From Carcharhinus longimanus (taxonomy: Eukaryota): DNA of 64,000 nt. This document shows positions 50,223-63,329 of this stretch, piece after piece. The position numbers were made by a program, and so were the translations under genes. The notes under the pieces were generated by a model. It ran no database searches. It saw only the letters and a program-made list of their open reading frames with translations, and had not been told where the DNA came from. The DNA is taken from positions 93,164,923-93,228,922 of the forward strand of contig JASCQW010000081.1 of NCBI GenBank assembly GCA_030264375.1, given 5' to 3'. The first letter of the stretch is position 1. Every line of letters begins with the position of its first letter.

Positions 50223-53200
50223 CTGACAAGAAGTTAGAACTGTCTACCTGCTCCACATGACTAACTATCGATCCCGAGTTAGCAGTAACAATTCAAACAA
50301 AGTAACACTTGTGTCTCAAATTTCAAAATCAAATTGAGGGCAGCAAACTTCTGCAGATGACCACGTTTTTTTGAAAAAAATGTTTCATTGATATTATCTA
50401 CGGGGTATTAATCCTTCAGGATATCAGGTAAATAAACTTTATTGCAGTATTAATATCTCAAAGCAAATAACCCTCACAAACTCGCTGCCAACAACATGCC
50501 CCTGAAAAGGCCAATGGCCTTGGCAGCTTCACAATAATGTGCATAAACGTATAACGAGACGTAGCTAGAGGGAGGTACTGTCAGATTCGTCGCCCATCTA
50601 CGACCAGCTGAATTGACAACGTATGTGCTTACTACTAATCATCTTTTAAATAAAACCTTGAAATACAGCAACATATATGAAATTCATGGAAGCCAGAGAG
50701 GGACAGAACGATAAAGAGAGAAATAATAGAAGACAGAAACAAGAGATGAATAACAGAAGCAAGGGACCCTGTGGTTCGTCTTTTGGTCAATATCAAATCA
50801 CAATACTTAGCCCAAGAAACACTTGCAGGCTAATAGAAAAATTTGGTAATTGCCTCCCTTTGATGGAGGCAAGGCAAACATGATTATGCCGAATGACCTT
50901 CGGTGTTGTAAGACACAACATATACTAACGTTATGGTTTAATTGTAAGGTTATAGGCCAATGGAACAATAAGTCGTGAAATCTGGTGTATATTCATAATA
51001 ATCATTATGAATTGCCATTTTAGAGAGTCATTATCAGTTTACATCTACTTTGTATTCCAAAATATAGGCCAACAGTCCACTTGCAAAGCAAAGATTTGAA
51101 AACAAATGTTTTGTTTTAATTGGAAATTTCAAATGCAGTTATAATAATAGTGTTGTCCAGTATTTTGATCAGCAAAAAAAAGTACACTGAAGGGGCCAGA
51201 TTTCCATGCAATTATATGACCTCTAACGTGCTAAACATATACCGTCCTCTGCACAATTTCATTGGAATACACTGCACTAATCTATTGCTGAGGGCAAGAA
51301 CGTTCAGCGCTAACGAAACTGCCATCGGTCCTGTATCATGTTTACTCCCAGGTCATGCCGGCCGCCAGGTAACTCACAGTAGAGGAAATCAAATATGCAT
51401 TTAGTGGCGTCACAAGCAGCATACTCCGGTGTACCTACCAGTGTCAGTTGATTGTTAAAAATGAACACAGAAGATTTCATCTGGAAGCTATAACTTTAAT
51501 TTTAGAGTCCTCTTGGGTGTTTCAAAATAATTTCAATGGTGTGTGCAATGCGGTGTTTCATACTGTCAGCGCAATTTTCCAAAAGAATCTTAGCCAAAAT
51601 AATCATCAGGGTGGCTCGAGCATTCCTGCCGCACCCCACCCCAACAGCCAACACACATAAACACCATTGCATGTTCACGACTCTTACACGTATCTGCACA
51701 CCCAACATGTGTTTCCCTTCTTATCGCTGTGGAAATCAGCACCAACTAGTTCGGGACGTGATGAAAACACGCGTCCTCTCCTGCTGGGTGTCGGGAAATA
51801 TTTTCCAATGCTCCTACAGAAATTAATTCGGAGGACGTGTTTAGCTCCGACAAGACTGATATCAATATGAAACATTAAAGACTGAACGAACTTGGTGTGC
51901 CTGAATTGCCTGCAGAAATCTAATTTTTAAAATGCTTTAAAAAGCTATGCAATCAAACAGTGTTGAATTCTGCTTAAATTTGTTTTATCATTATGCTGGG
52001 ATTTCTTGTAGCCAAGTGAGCCTGTAAGTTGTGAAAGTATACGATTTGTCAGATGTAATGGCTTGTCCTGGGAAAGGAGAAGTCCTTTACAGCCGGGTGA
52101 ATCCGCTTTTCTTTATCTGGGAATTGAATTAAAACAATAACCTCAGGAGCCTCGATGTGGAGTGTTCTGGAAAGAGTAATATCACTACTCTGGATATGTT
52201 TGATCGGAATAATCGAACGATGCAATTGGAGTTTCTCATAAGTTAAGTAGCTGGTCGCCAAATAACTTTTGCTGTTTAACTCTGCTGACACAAGAACCTT
52301 GTAGAGAAATGCAGTGTGAAGAACCTGGGGCCCGAGCTCACACAGAGAAATTTGAAAGAAAGAAAAGACAAAGGACTGATTTCATGCGTCAGGTAAACCC
52401 AATGTCCGGTTCTAATTGCAAGCACAAAACGACCTTATGTCATTTTAAGTAGGTGTAATTGTTATTCTCGATTGGACTCTTAAAACGTGCTGTTGAACAA
52501 AACCTGGTGTTTACTCTGAGCGAATAAAAGCAGTGTAGCGGGTTCTCGCTTAAACAGGAGCTCTGACAACCATACAGTTGAGTGTAAAGGGGGATTATAT
52601 AAATATTCTTAGGTTGTATTGGTGGATTTTTTCACGTTCTTGGTACATCGGGCGGAGGAGGAGTAGGAACCAAATTTCACCATGAAACGAGTTCCTGGGC
52701 TAAGTTGCCTGTCCTCCAACCGCACCCCCCCCCCACCCCCACCCCCTTAATGTAACCTAGGAGTAATGGGGAAAAAAGCAAAGTGTTCGAAATGTGAAGA
52801 AATATTTAGACATTGTCTCCTTAAAGATAATGGTGACTTTGGTGGAATGTTGTATCATTTGTAGAGATGAGAATTGTGGCTAATTCCAAATGCACAACAT
52901 GCAAATAATTAACAGTTAATATTTTAAATGTGGCTTGAGAATAAAACAAGTATTTCAATGCATATTAATTATGTATCTAAGAAATGAATTTCTAACTTGA
53001 GAGTAAAATGATGGATGTATTCATGAATGATATCAGCACAAAACAGGCGAAAATCCTGCAACAATGAAAATAGCCCATTTATATCCAGTCTGGGGAAAAA
53101 TGCCAAAAGGTAAAGACACCTTCATTTGATATAAGAGCCGTTTTAGAAGTGTTAGATAAATGCTGAAACATTAAAAAGCCATTTTTGGAAGCCAACTCCC

Positions 53201-53559
53201 ACAAAACTGACAGGCAAATAAAAAAAAAACAAAATTTGAAGCTGTCAAACTATAATTGATTAAAGGACATGTCATTGTTAGATTTACAGATCAATGCATT
53301 AATGACGTTGCTTTTAAATACGTGCAGGTCTGTATAATCTGATAACAGAAGTTACAATAATACTGCTTTTTGGTATGAAACCTGAGATCTTTTGAGAATG
53401 CCACATAGCTGATTTGCAATGTCGGTGAAATCAGAGACCATGTTTTTGTCCAACATAAATTGATTTTGCATTATGTGTTTGTTTGTCTGAGTATTTTTAA
53501 TTTGTAGTGATTTTGATTCTAACATTTCAATGGTTTAATAAAAAAAGGTTTAACTGAAG

Positions 53560-54960
53560 AATTTTATTGAACCAAATTAGTTGTCATTTGCCTTTATGAA
53601 ATGAAGAACAAAGTAAAAGTCAATCAGATGGCCTAGTAGAATTTCCCACAACAATTAGAGAAAGGTAGGTCAAAAATGTTGGCACGAAAGATGTCATTCC
53701 TAAGGAAAGTGAGCAGAAAACTTGAATTACATCGATTGCGAATTGTTTGTGGCCCTTACAGGGAAAATAAAGGGAAATTACTTTTTTAAATCATGAAATA
53801 GAGACTGTTACTTAAAAAATAGAGCTGCTACAAGTATCAATGAAGATGATAGAGAATGAGCTACAGTATGTTTTAGATTTGGAAGTGAAACAAGGGCGGG
53901 AGGATGTAAAAATTGAAAAAGATAGGATGGAGAAAAAGATGGAGGGGCTTATGTTAAATTGGCTGTTCAGGAATAAGGAAATCAAGTTATATGCTATGCG
54001 TTTCCAATTCAGTAAGAAGACGTTTATCATGAAAAAAAAACTGCGAGCTTTTAATGAAAAGGATAAGGCAGAAAAAGTTAAGCATTAACAGAAGATTGTA
54101 CAAATCAGCAGGGAGCATTTAAGTTTTTAGACAAAAGTCAGTGATAAAAAACAAGCTTCCACAGCTGGCCATTGTATGTCCCAGCGGGAAATTGAAAAGC
54201 TGAATCCGGGGACCAATCTCATAAAGAGAAACAAAATCTGGAAGAACAAAGGACTATGACAGCAATACAGTGGGCAATGTTTAATTGCAAGTGGGATTCA
54301 ACTTTTAGTTTAGTGAAGGATCAGCGAGCTATGATTTGGTTTAAGCACTGCATAGATTGCCGGACGCGGCATAGAAAAATCAAGTTTCCATGACATAAAA
54401 TATTCACTTGGCCTCATTAGAAATAGTACGTACACAAACGATTGCCATACTACCCAGAAGGCTGTGGAGGAATGTGGAGGGTACAAAAACGGTGTACCAG
54501 GACATTGCCTTTATTGGATGATTTTTGCTGTGAAGATAGATTTGTCAAACTTCGTTTGTTTTCATTTTAACTTCGGAGGCTCAAGGTTGACCTTATTGAA
54601 GTTAACACAAATCACCAGAGGCATGGTTCAAATCGAAAGTGAGAGTATGTTTCCATTTCAAAAATGTCCATTACTGGGGAGCATATGTTTAATGTAAAAT
54701 AGTGGGTGGGGTTTTAACGGAGATGTGAGGGGCATTGTGTTATACAGAGAGTGTCAAACGCCTGGACAGTGCAGTCAGAGGAGGTAGAAAAAATCCAATG
54801 CAACAGCAACCTTTAAGACGCACCTTGGCTGGTGTAGGATTAGACAGGGTGCTGGTCGTAGTGAGTTGAAAATGTGTTTCGCTTAGAAATGTATGGTGCG
54901 TCGGCGCAGGCTGTGTGGATCGAAGGGCCGTTTCTTGTGCTGTAATGTTCCTTGTAAACA
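53560..54960 (+). mobile_element. Decayed CR1 ORF2 fragments and 3' tail
   Basis: CR1-like motifs (ESMFP, TESVKRLDS, gaagggcc tail). Confidence 0.65.
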
Positions 54961-55329
54961 AATTGACGGACTGAAATCGCGGTTGCGTGATGATTACATT
55001 GGATAATGAAAAAAAAACGGGAAACATAATAAAAGACGGAGGGTGGAGGGTGCGAGAGTTGGGGCGGCAATTTGAAACGGAGATCAGGAAATTGTCACAG
55101 AAAGAGGGAGCGTGAGACAGGTATTTCGATTAAATGCAATTTTGAACTTCATAATGTTGAACAGACTGATGTGTATGCCTCATTAAACTAAACTTGCATC
55201 ACTCTGCCCAGGAATACTTTTAATTCTGTGTATTTTTGTTTACAAAATCTTTCATTGCTGTATTTTAAATAGTGCAAGCAGTTTAGGCAATACGCTCCCA
55301 AAGCGGCCCAGAATTCCAATTTTAAATTT

Positions 55330-55810
55330 ATTCAATCATTGGTTCTGAAGAATAATCCAGGATCATAAGATCGGATTCTAAGAAGGTGATGCCAGTCAGG
55401 ATGTATACAAGAAGACGCTAACAGGGCAAGACCCAAATCAAACACGAGAGCGCATAGTTTCTATCCTGAATGAGACCACTAAGTAACTTCGATTCATTCG
55501 CCGCAGACTCCGGCAAACACATGAAACCTCCCTCGATTCTTATTGTAATTTCGGTTCTTGGAATATAAGTATCTGTAAATCCACGACAAGTCATGCAACT
55601 TCGTGCCGTGGATCGCTATTGCAATATTTTCACAGTTACTTGTTTGAAATTATGGACCAGCAAGATCAACAGTTCCGTGGGGAAAAAAAATCACACAAGT
55701 GTACGAATAAAGGGTTGCAACACTTGAAGTAACTCGCTCTCACCTTCTGAAGGGCAATTGGAAATAGGAACTGAAGGTTGGCCAACAGAACAACATCATG
55801 TATGTTGAAA
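55330..55810 (+). mobile_element. Decayed LINE 3' remnant (family of 33240-34150)
   Basis: Similarity to 33560-34150 (agtcagga..., gctctcaccttctgaagggcaatt). Confidence 0.5.
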
Positions 55811-55857
55811 TAAAGTAAAAACAAAATCTTCATTTCTCGAAGTGATCGGTGTCTTAC

Positions 55858-55884
55858 TTATTCTGTCTTGTTGCAGAAACGTTT
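55858..55884 (-). CDS. Candidate 27-nt phase-1 micro-exon, (E)TFLQQDRI
   Basis: gtgttgcag|aaacgtttctgcaacaagacagaataa|gtaaga. Confidence 0.6.
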   Translation of the reverse strand, partial: KRFCNKTE

Positions 55885-56011
55885 CTGCAACACCCTTGCG
55901 AGGTGTAGAATATCAGTCAGCTTAAAAGGCACAAAAACGAATGCTTTGAATAGAGGAGAAAACGCCTCTGCATCGGCTGCAATGTTATACGTTCATTTTT
56001 TTCCATGTTAC

Positions 56012-56035
56012 CTGCTAATTCCTTTATCAACTTTG
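56012..56035 (-). CDS. Candidate 24-nt phase-1 micro-exon, xKLIKELA
   Basis: ttttctttctgttgctcgtttctaacag|caaagttgataaaggaattagcag|gtaaca. Confidence 0.75.
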
Positions 56036-57224
56036 CTGTTAGAAACGAGCAACAGAAAGAAAATATGAGTCGAATAATATAAAAAGGTACATTTCCAAAA
56101 TAGCTTTGATCCAGAGTGTTTTATCGAACCTTAGTAACGTTCAGTTGGCGTTCTGATTCGTACCCTCGATAATTCCAGAATAGGAATTGCATCATTGTAT
56201 GTTTATACTGGCTTAATTTTAAGAACGAAATGCAAACTTATGCAGTACTCAGTTATTACATACGATCATTAACGTACACATGAATTAAATACTTTTGGAC
56301 ATAACTTTATCCACATCATGCATGAATATTGGTCAGCATTGATGTCGTACATAATTCACACCGATGGGAAGATCATGAAATTCACATTGAATATACGCGG
56401 CTTGCGGTTTAGCTATCGAGTACATTGTTGCATGGAGTTTTGCAACTTATAAATAGATAAATCTTAATATTGTGTTTCTCAGCCATGAAACACTTACATT
56501 TTTCAATCCCAAAACGTGGCCGTAACTTTGTATGCTAGGGAGTTTCAAGTGCTCATCTCGATGTTTCTGAAATTTTAATTTGGTTTCGTACTCTATCACG
56601 ATTTCTGGCAATGAGTGGAAGAAACTCAATATGTTCCAACTGATTTTTTTGTCTCAAATGCTCATTAAGTGTCCTGACCTGTGCCTAAATATGTGCCTCT
56701 CTGTCATTGATCTCTGTTTCTTCCTGTTTATGTGCTTCAAACTTCTGTACACTTTAATCAGGATTAATAATAACAACAGAACTCTGTAACGGTTTAGACT
56801 GATAATCAAAACGGAGAAACAAACCAGTAACCACCAGTGAAGGTTAACGTTTTCCGCTTTAGTTTAGGTTTTTCCTCGCTGCCTTATTGGCTGGTCCGCG
56901 TAGATAGACACTGGGGAGACTAATATCGAAAAGGAATCAACAAAGAGAACAGATTTTTTCCATCGCCAAAACGAACGGCCAACTGCTTCGAAACCGTGAA
57001 CTGGATTGAAGATAAAGACAAAATATTTTGTGTGTTTGAATCTGAAAAACTCACAGAAAATGCCCTCCACCCTGTGAAATTTCCGCCTGGCACTTGTGGA
57101 TGCCAAAACAGCTAAGTGGCTGAAAAAGAGACACACAAAACATTTTGAATTTGAGTGTATTCTGAACGTTTACGTCACGGCGCGCTCCACTGCATTATCA
57201 TGTTTACTTTCTTGTTTTAAATGG

Positions 57225-58314
57225 CATGGTATCTGTAGTTTTCAGCTACTTTTGATCGGTTTAACCCGGTGTCCTTATTTACAAGATGGACAAAGGACAA
57301 ACACAAGTAAAGTTTTTGTTTTAAATTACAATGGCACTATTAACCCTTAAATTACCCACACGGAACAAGAGGACACTCCAGATTCAAGTATATGACCTCA
57401 AAAATGGTTTGGTTAAACTGCAGGCCCGGTTCTCAGAGTGCCTCAGGTCCAGCGTCACGAAGATGAGTCTCGATGGCAGTGTATTACTTCCTTCCTTTCA
57501 TTCTTCTCTGGTCAGTCTTTCGGATGGTCAAGGTCACCTCCCTCNNNNNNNNNNNNNNNNNNNNNNNNNNNNNNNNNNNNNNNNNNNNNNNNNNNNNNNN
57601 NNNNNNNNNNNNNNNNNNNNNNNNNNNNNNNNNNNNNNNNNNNNGAAGATGAGTCTCGATGGCAGTGTATTACTTCCTTCCTTTCATTCTTCTCGGGTCA
57701 GTCTTTCGGATGGTCAAGGTCACCTCCCTCTTCAATTCTTCGCTGCTGGGGTGTCTGAGATGCTTACTTCTATCTCCCCCACTCTGCAACTTATCAGAAA
57801 CTTCTCTGGCTTCCGACCAATGAACTATCAGGAGGGGGTCCCAATATCCAGTGGGTTTCTTGATGTATGCTGGGTGATGCCTCCCAGGTGTCCGCCTTGG
57901 TGGCATTGCTTGCATGCGAGTGTTGTCAGATAGGATAACTGCATAAACCTTAGGTAACAGAAAGTCTGGCCCAATCTCAGTTTCTAAGAATAGGCTGAAG
58001 CAAATCAATTGAGTGTGATGATTTCTTGCTGGGTTTTAGTAGAATGCAATGATCCTTCATGGGTCAGGACAGACATGTTCCTGTGTCTTTGTACATATGA
58101 CTTTCATCAAGTCTGGCCTGTCCCAGGTTGGCGCATTTTGATTTTAATGTGCCCAATTCTTTAATTTAGAAGATCCAATTTATTCAGCCTTAAGACTAGG
58201 CCTTGATATGTTACCACACACCCTCTTCTTGATCCAGTGTGTATCAGTGAACTGGATCACACAGTCCTAACAAAACCATTTCAACGAGCAAGAACCCTGA
58301 AATTGGGGTTGACA
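57225..58314 (-). repeat. 3' LTR (inner boundary uncertain; contains gap 57545-57644)
   Basis: Homologous to 63725-64000. Confidence 0.7.
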
Positions 58315-58358
58315 ATATCATCCCTAACCAACCACAGTAACACCAAATTTAAATGATG

Positions 58359-60532
58359 CTAAATAATAAAAGAAGGAATAAATGAACAGCATATCAATAG
58401 TGTATATACAAAAAAAATGAAGAGTACAAAATGGCAAGTGACTGTGCATATATAATATAGACGGAGGAATCTCACCTTTCTTGACTGAAGAGCCTTTCCC
58501 GATATTGGATCGCCCTTGCTGAGTGCAAGTGTTGCGGAAATTTCCTCTTCCATCGGCTGAATTTAAATGTGAGAATGGTTGGGAACACTGCCATAAGTAG
58601 GATTCCTATTACAGCCAGGTGTGACAGAATGCGAACCCATGGCTAGATTTGGACATTTGGACCTCAATCCCAGAGGTCCTCCCACTATACAGTAATCCTA
58701 ATTTCACTAATGTTCCTCTTAAATTTCCCCTGTTTGTTGCACAACTTTGACAAGGTTGTTGTGTGCTGTGATCAATATATGCGAATGTGTTGATGTTTTT
58801 TGAATAGAAGTGTAACACCGTTATTTCATTTTCTTTTTCAATATTTTCCCCCAAGCTTTGCCTCTGTTACTTGCTAGCATTTATTAGTGTTTTTTGAATT
58901 CTGTGTATGTCTAACATCTCAATTAATTCTACTTTCGCGAGAATATGTGGTTTAATATAAAAGGTAGTGCTGTGGACGTCATGTATGGCTGCCCAATACA
59001 GGCGACGTTGTAATACAATATTCTCCCTCCCACCGTAAGCTAGCCGGGTAGCATCCCTTCCGAAATTTCGAATTTACCTTTCTACAATTCAGAGCAATGG
59101 CTGTTCTGAATCCACACAGGACATGCTCGGAATCCTACACCGACATGGACACACGACAATTTTGTCAGTGTGTTCACACTTCGCCAGACTGGTGCCTGTA
59201 AGCTTCCCTCCTTTCTCAACTGCATACGGTAGAGTTCGCTGGTGTCCCACCCACATCTCTCTTATAATTATTCCGATATTTTTGGCTTCAAAAAAATCTC
59301 AAACCAACCTTATTTTTTGATGTTACTGGGATCCTCAACACCATTCCTAATGCTGTCCCCGGGATTCCTCTGGAATCATCGTCAGACCAGACCTTCGTCA
59401 GTTGCCCTAATTGGCAGTTATTGACCTTGGGGTCTCTTTTTCCTCGGTGTAGGTGTTCAAACTGTTCATCACTGATTCAGGATGGAACTTTTCCCCTGCT
59501 AACTTAATTGTGGTTCTGTCTTGGCTGCTCAACCATCCGTTGCCCAGAAATGCTACACAGGTTTTGGTTGTGTTGGTGGCATCATCTTCCATCCTCCCTC
59601 GGAGGATCTGATTACTAGTTTGGGCATGTCCTTCAAGTAGAGTAACCATAAGGCTACTGGCCGTGTTCTCAGCCAAATCTTCCTCCGCATCTAGCCACAT
59701 GTTTTCATCTCAGCTGTCCAAGATCTGTTAACTTGTTGGTTTCGGAGCCTGAGCTTATTATCCAAATCAGCCAGATCCAGTGTATTAATGGTGGATACTC
59801 CGGTTCCATATGCAGTTGCCAGAACATTCAGAATATCCCTCCTGTTGCACCTCTTTGACCTGGGTGTATCTTCCCCCTCGTGTGTCTCAGTCTTTTTGCT
59901 TAGTAGCCTCTGGTTCAAATGGAGATACAATTTCCTAAGTGGGTAGAGACACCAATCCGGATACACTATTTGGCTAAATCTACCACAACTGCTATCAATT
60001 TGTCATGCGTGCTCTTGAACATTATCTTCCCTGCATCTTTTAGTATCAATCCATTTTGGGGATCTGGGTTGGTTTTAGGACAAGTGAGGAGGGATGTGCT
60101 GACTGTTGGTCTAAATCCATTCTTAATTTCATAGTATATATTTTTTTTTATTCAGAAAAAAGCCTTATCAAATCACTTCCTTCTTAATTCCAACCCTTTT
60201 TCCGGGCCATAGGCTAGACAGACTAGATTCATGCACCCATGGTTAGCGTATGCCCCCCAATCATTAATGAGGGTCGTCCTTTAGTTGCAGTAATCAACGC
60301 TACCATTATGTTTACTACGCAGTATTCTCTGATTGTTACACTCTTAGTTGATACTCTTATCCCATAGGATGCCATCCTCATATTTGTCTACATCTGGTGG
60401 AGTGAACCAGATATATCCGTAGAATCGTAGGCTGATCTTCTGGTCTTCAGGTGGTGTGGCGCATGTGGTTTGGTTCCACTGTGTCCATTCAAGGACGAAC
60501 ATTCCCAGATCGGTAAGAAGTATCTATTTCAT
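58359..60532 (-). pseudogene. env: env-like class I (F-type) fusion glycoprotein pseudogene
   Basis: Signal-like MK*ILLTDLGMFVL; QNGLILKDAGKIMF; furin-like RSKR..RR then DILNVLATAYGTGVSTINTLDLADLDNKL; Cys-containing middle; C-terminal hydrophobic FVLFIFFVYTLLICC; stops and frameshifts. Confidence 0.7.
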
Positions 60533-61040
60533 TCTGATCGACATCAAGGTAGCACCTGTTAATTCTTATTAACATCAAAATCACTTTTACTTTTCTCGAC
60601 TAGAATGCAGTTTGACTCCCCTCTTTAAAAATAACAAAGAAATAAGGAAATAGATGATGAAGGCCCAATAACGCCAAATGAAGGGATAGTTAGCAATCAG
60701 TGTTTAATCGGGTTGAATCTGGAAATGAACTTGCAAATGGCGTTTAACAGGGCGTTTATGGTATCACAGGATTGTGGCGCAAAAAAAAACATCGTTATGG
60801 TTGCCTCAAAGAAAAAAAAAATGATGGCAACGGTGTGCAACAATTGTTTTAACCAGCGAAAAAACGTGTCAATTGGTACAAAAAATGGGTTTGTGGCATG
60901 CGTCCTTGTTGTTGGAGGACTATGACACAAAATGACCACAGATTCTTCACTCTCAACAAAACTGAGGTGTGTCATGCGCGTGGATAAATCTATTTACAAT
61001 TTGGACTGTGATATCCTGATCCCCCCTCAGTGGAGGGAAG

Positions 61041-63329
61041 CTACGTGGGCGAACATTGACTACTGGGCACCCACTGCATTACCACCTCCAGTAGAGAGCG
61101 CCGGGTCAATCTGTTCTGGAACTCCTGGTACCAGGGGCGCCATAGTGGGTAAAGTTTTCTGGTGCCCCGGAGCACTTTTGGTCGATGTTCCCTTAGATGA
61201 GACCTTCCCTCTGAAGCCCAGTGAATTGAAACAGGAACTGGGTAGACTGGAATCCATTCCGGAGGCAAAGGGTGGAGCTTTGGGGCCTGGGGTACAGGGT
61301 GTAGGTTGTACTGGCTTACCGGGCCAGTCCTTCGATGGGCATGAGTCGGGGTCCATCGTCGCGGAACCGTTGAAACAGTAGTGCTGGTAGTTGTGTGGTG
61401 TCCTGCAGCCCATGGCAAATTGATTGGATTGCCTGCAGTTATAACACTGCGTTTGATGGTGTGGGCGACGGGGCTCGGCTTTGTGTCTGGTTCTGTGCCG
61501 GGGTTTGGGCCTATGCCCTGTGCGGCGTTGTGGTTCCCTCTGTCTGTGATCAACTAGACTCTCTGGGTGTTTGAAGTTTGCTGGCCCCCTGAAGTTTGGT
61601 GGTATCGTACAATATCCGGCAAAATGGTTCCGTTGCCCGCAATTATAATACTGTGCTTTTGGGCATGGATATCTGTTTTGTTTTGTCTTGTTCCCTGAAC
61701 CTGGGGTTGGGAATATTTGGGGTCTACGCGGGGCTGCAATTCTCTGTATCAATGACTGGCAGCTGTATAAGGGAGTTGGTGTCCTGAGTTTCACGGTTCC
61801 CTGTTTCCACAGCACCCTTTGTTCGGCCATACTGGGGTCAGGTCTGGATTGGGTTCATCTTTCCGTGTTTTTTGGATTTGGGAGTGTCCGTTTGTTCGAC
61901 GTCCCTTTCCCACACGCGACTCATTTCTCACTTGGCCCAGCTTCCGGTATGTGTATGATCATCGGGGTCAAATTCTCACAGACTGTCCAACTCCCCTCGA
62001 TGGTGTGTGCTATCAGGTTTCAGATCCATGTGGACAGATGGCTTGTGTTTGATTGAACTCGATTTAATTGAAATAAAATTGCAACAAATTGTTTTAATAG
62101 AGGGCTAGCTTAGGCCGTCAGGTGTTCCTCTCTCTTGCGTTGTCAGCTGTTCAAGCCTTTTACCGGATCATCCCTACTGTAGCCTATGACGTGCAGGTCA
62201 GCTGCCTTCCTTTCTGGTAGGGTTCCCCTACGCACGTTCTGGGTTCGGGTAGGGCGAACCGGATAGCAGGGCTTAAATCTGACAGAATAATTTTAACCTC
62301 TTCTGCCTCGTCTAGGGCGTTTAAAACACGATATTGGGTGATCTGGTCAAAGAGAGCTTTTGGATCCCCAGAGGGTTCGAATATTCCAATTACTTTAACT
62401 ATGTCAGTGAGTTGGGTCATGGTGCATGACGTGACATAAGTCACGTCGTGGTTCTGTCGTTCCTGTCGTTGGATTCATCGGTTTGGGTACCGATTAGAGA
62501 CTGTCGTTACCGGAATGAGAATCGGACTAGGGATGGGATCTTCTGGGATAGCAGTAGGACTGGTGGCGGGAACTATTGGGACGAGAATTGAACTAGGGGC
62601 TGAAATTGAGTTTTGTAGGATAGGGCCGGATTACGTAGTGCCGTTGGTTCCATGACCGGGACGGGTGTGTGGTCCACATTCGGCAGTGTTGCTAACTGCT
62701 GCATAATGGAAGACATCCTCTTCTAATTTTTACCACTCTGTCCCTGGATCACTGTCCCCGGTTTCAGTGATGTATGCCCACATTACAACACTTTTTACGG
62801 CGAGTTATCATTTTAAATCTTCAATCTCGTGCAGGCATTTGGAGTAGTCTTTTGCGCGGTGAGTATTTTCTTTTTTCTGCATGGTGCAAAACTTTTACTG
62901 CAGCCTGCAGTTCACTGCAGTTACGTTTAACTTCCTATGTCTGTTGCAAGCAGCCCCTTTCTCGTTGAGAGCACGCTGTGCCTTTTGGTAGGCTTTATAA
63001 CATTGAGCTTAGGACTGGCTCATGTTTATCACATTAATCTGGTTCCTTTCCTCTCATGTGCCTACTTCCGCTTCCAATTTTTGTATACGAATGGTAACAC
63101 TCATTAGGTCCTTTATTTAGGTTACGTGGGCGTCTCTGTCCCAATTAACCCGGATAATCTCCATCTCTCTACCACGGAATTGTTCTGAGACACCTAGCGA
63201 TCAAAATCGCCTTCCAAAGCTTGGGAGCACCTTTACCTATATGGGGTAAACTTCCATATGGGCATGACACCAATAATACTCTTCCTCGGATCCCAGAACA
63301 AACTCCGGGGCTTCACCCGCAGCATCCAT
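61041..63329 (-). pseudogene. gag: gag pseudogene
   Basis: Capsid-like IGIFEPSGDPKALFDQITQYRVLNALDEAEEVKII; degenerate CCHC knuckles YYNCGQRNHFAGYC and CYNCRQSNQFAMGC; Pro-rich linkers. Confidence 0.8.

Noticed and set aside
2980-50656. Further 3n AG..GT segments (2980-3006, 15244-15270, 30845-30871, 32939-32965, 50633-50656)
   Set aside because: Each has a stop in phase 1 and most have weak donors; they show the background rate of chance candidates
57459-57730. About 85-bp duplication and 200-aa ORF 57331-57933 across the gap in the LTR
   Set aside because: Gap-flank overlap artifact; the ORF is inflated by Ns
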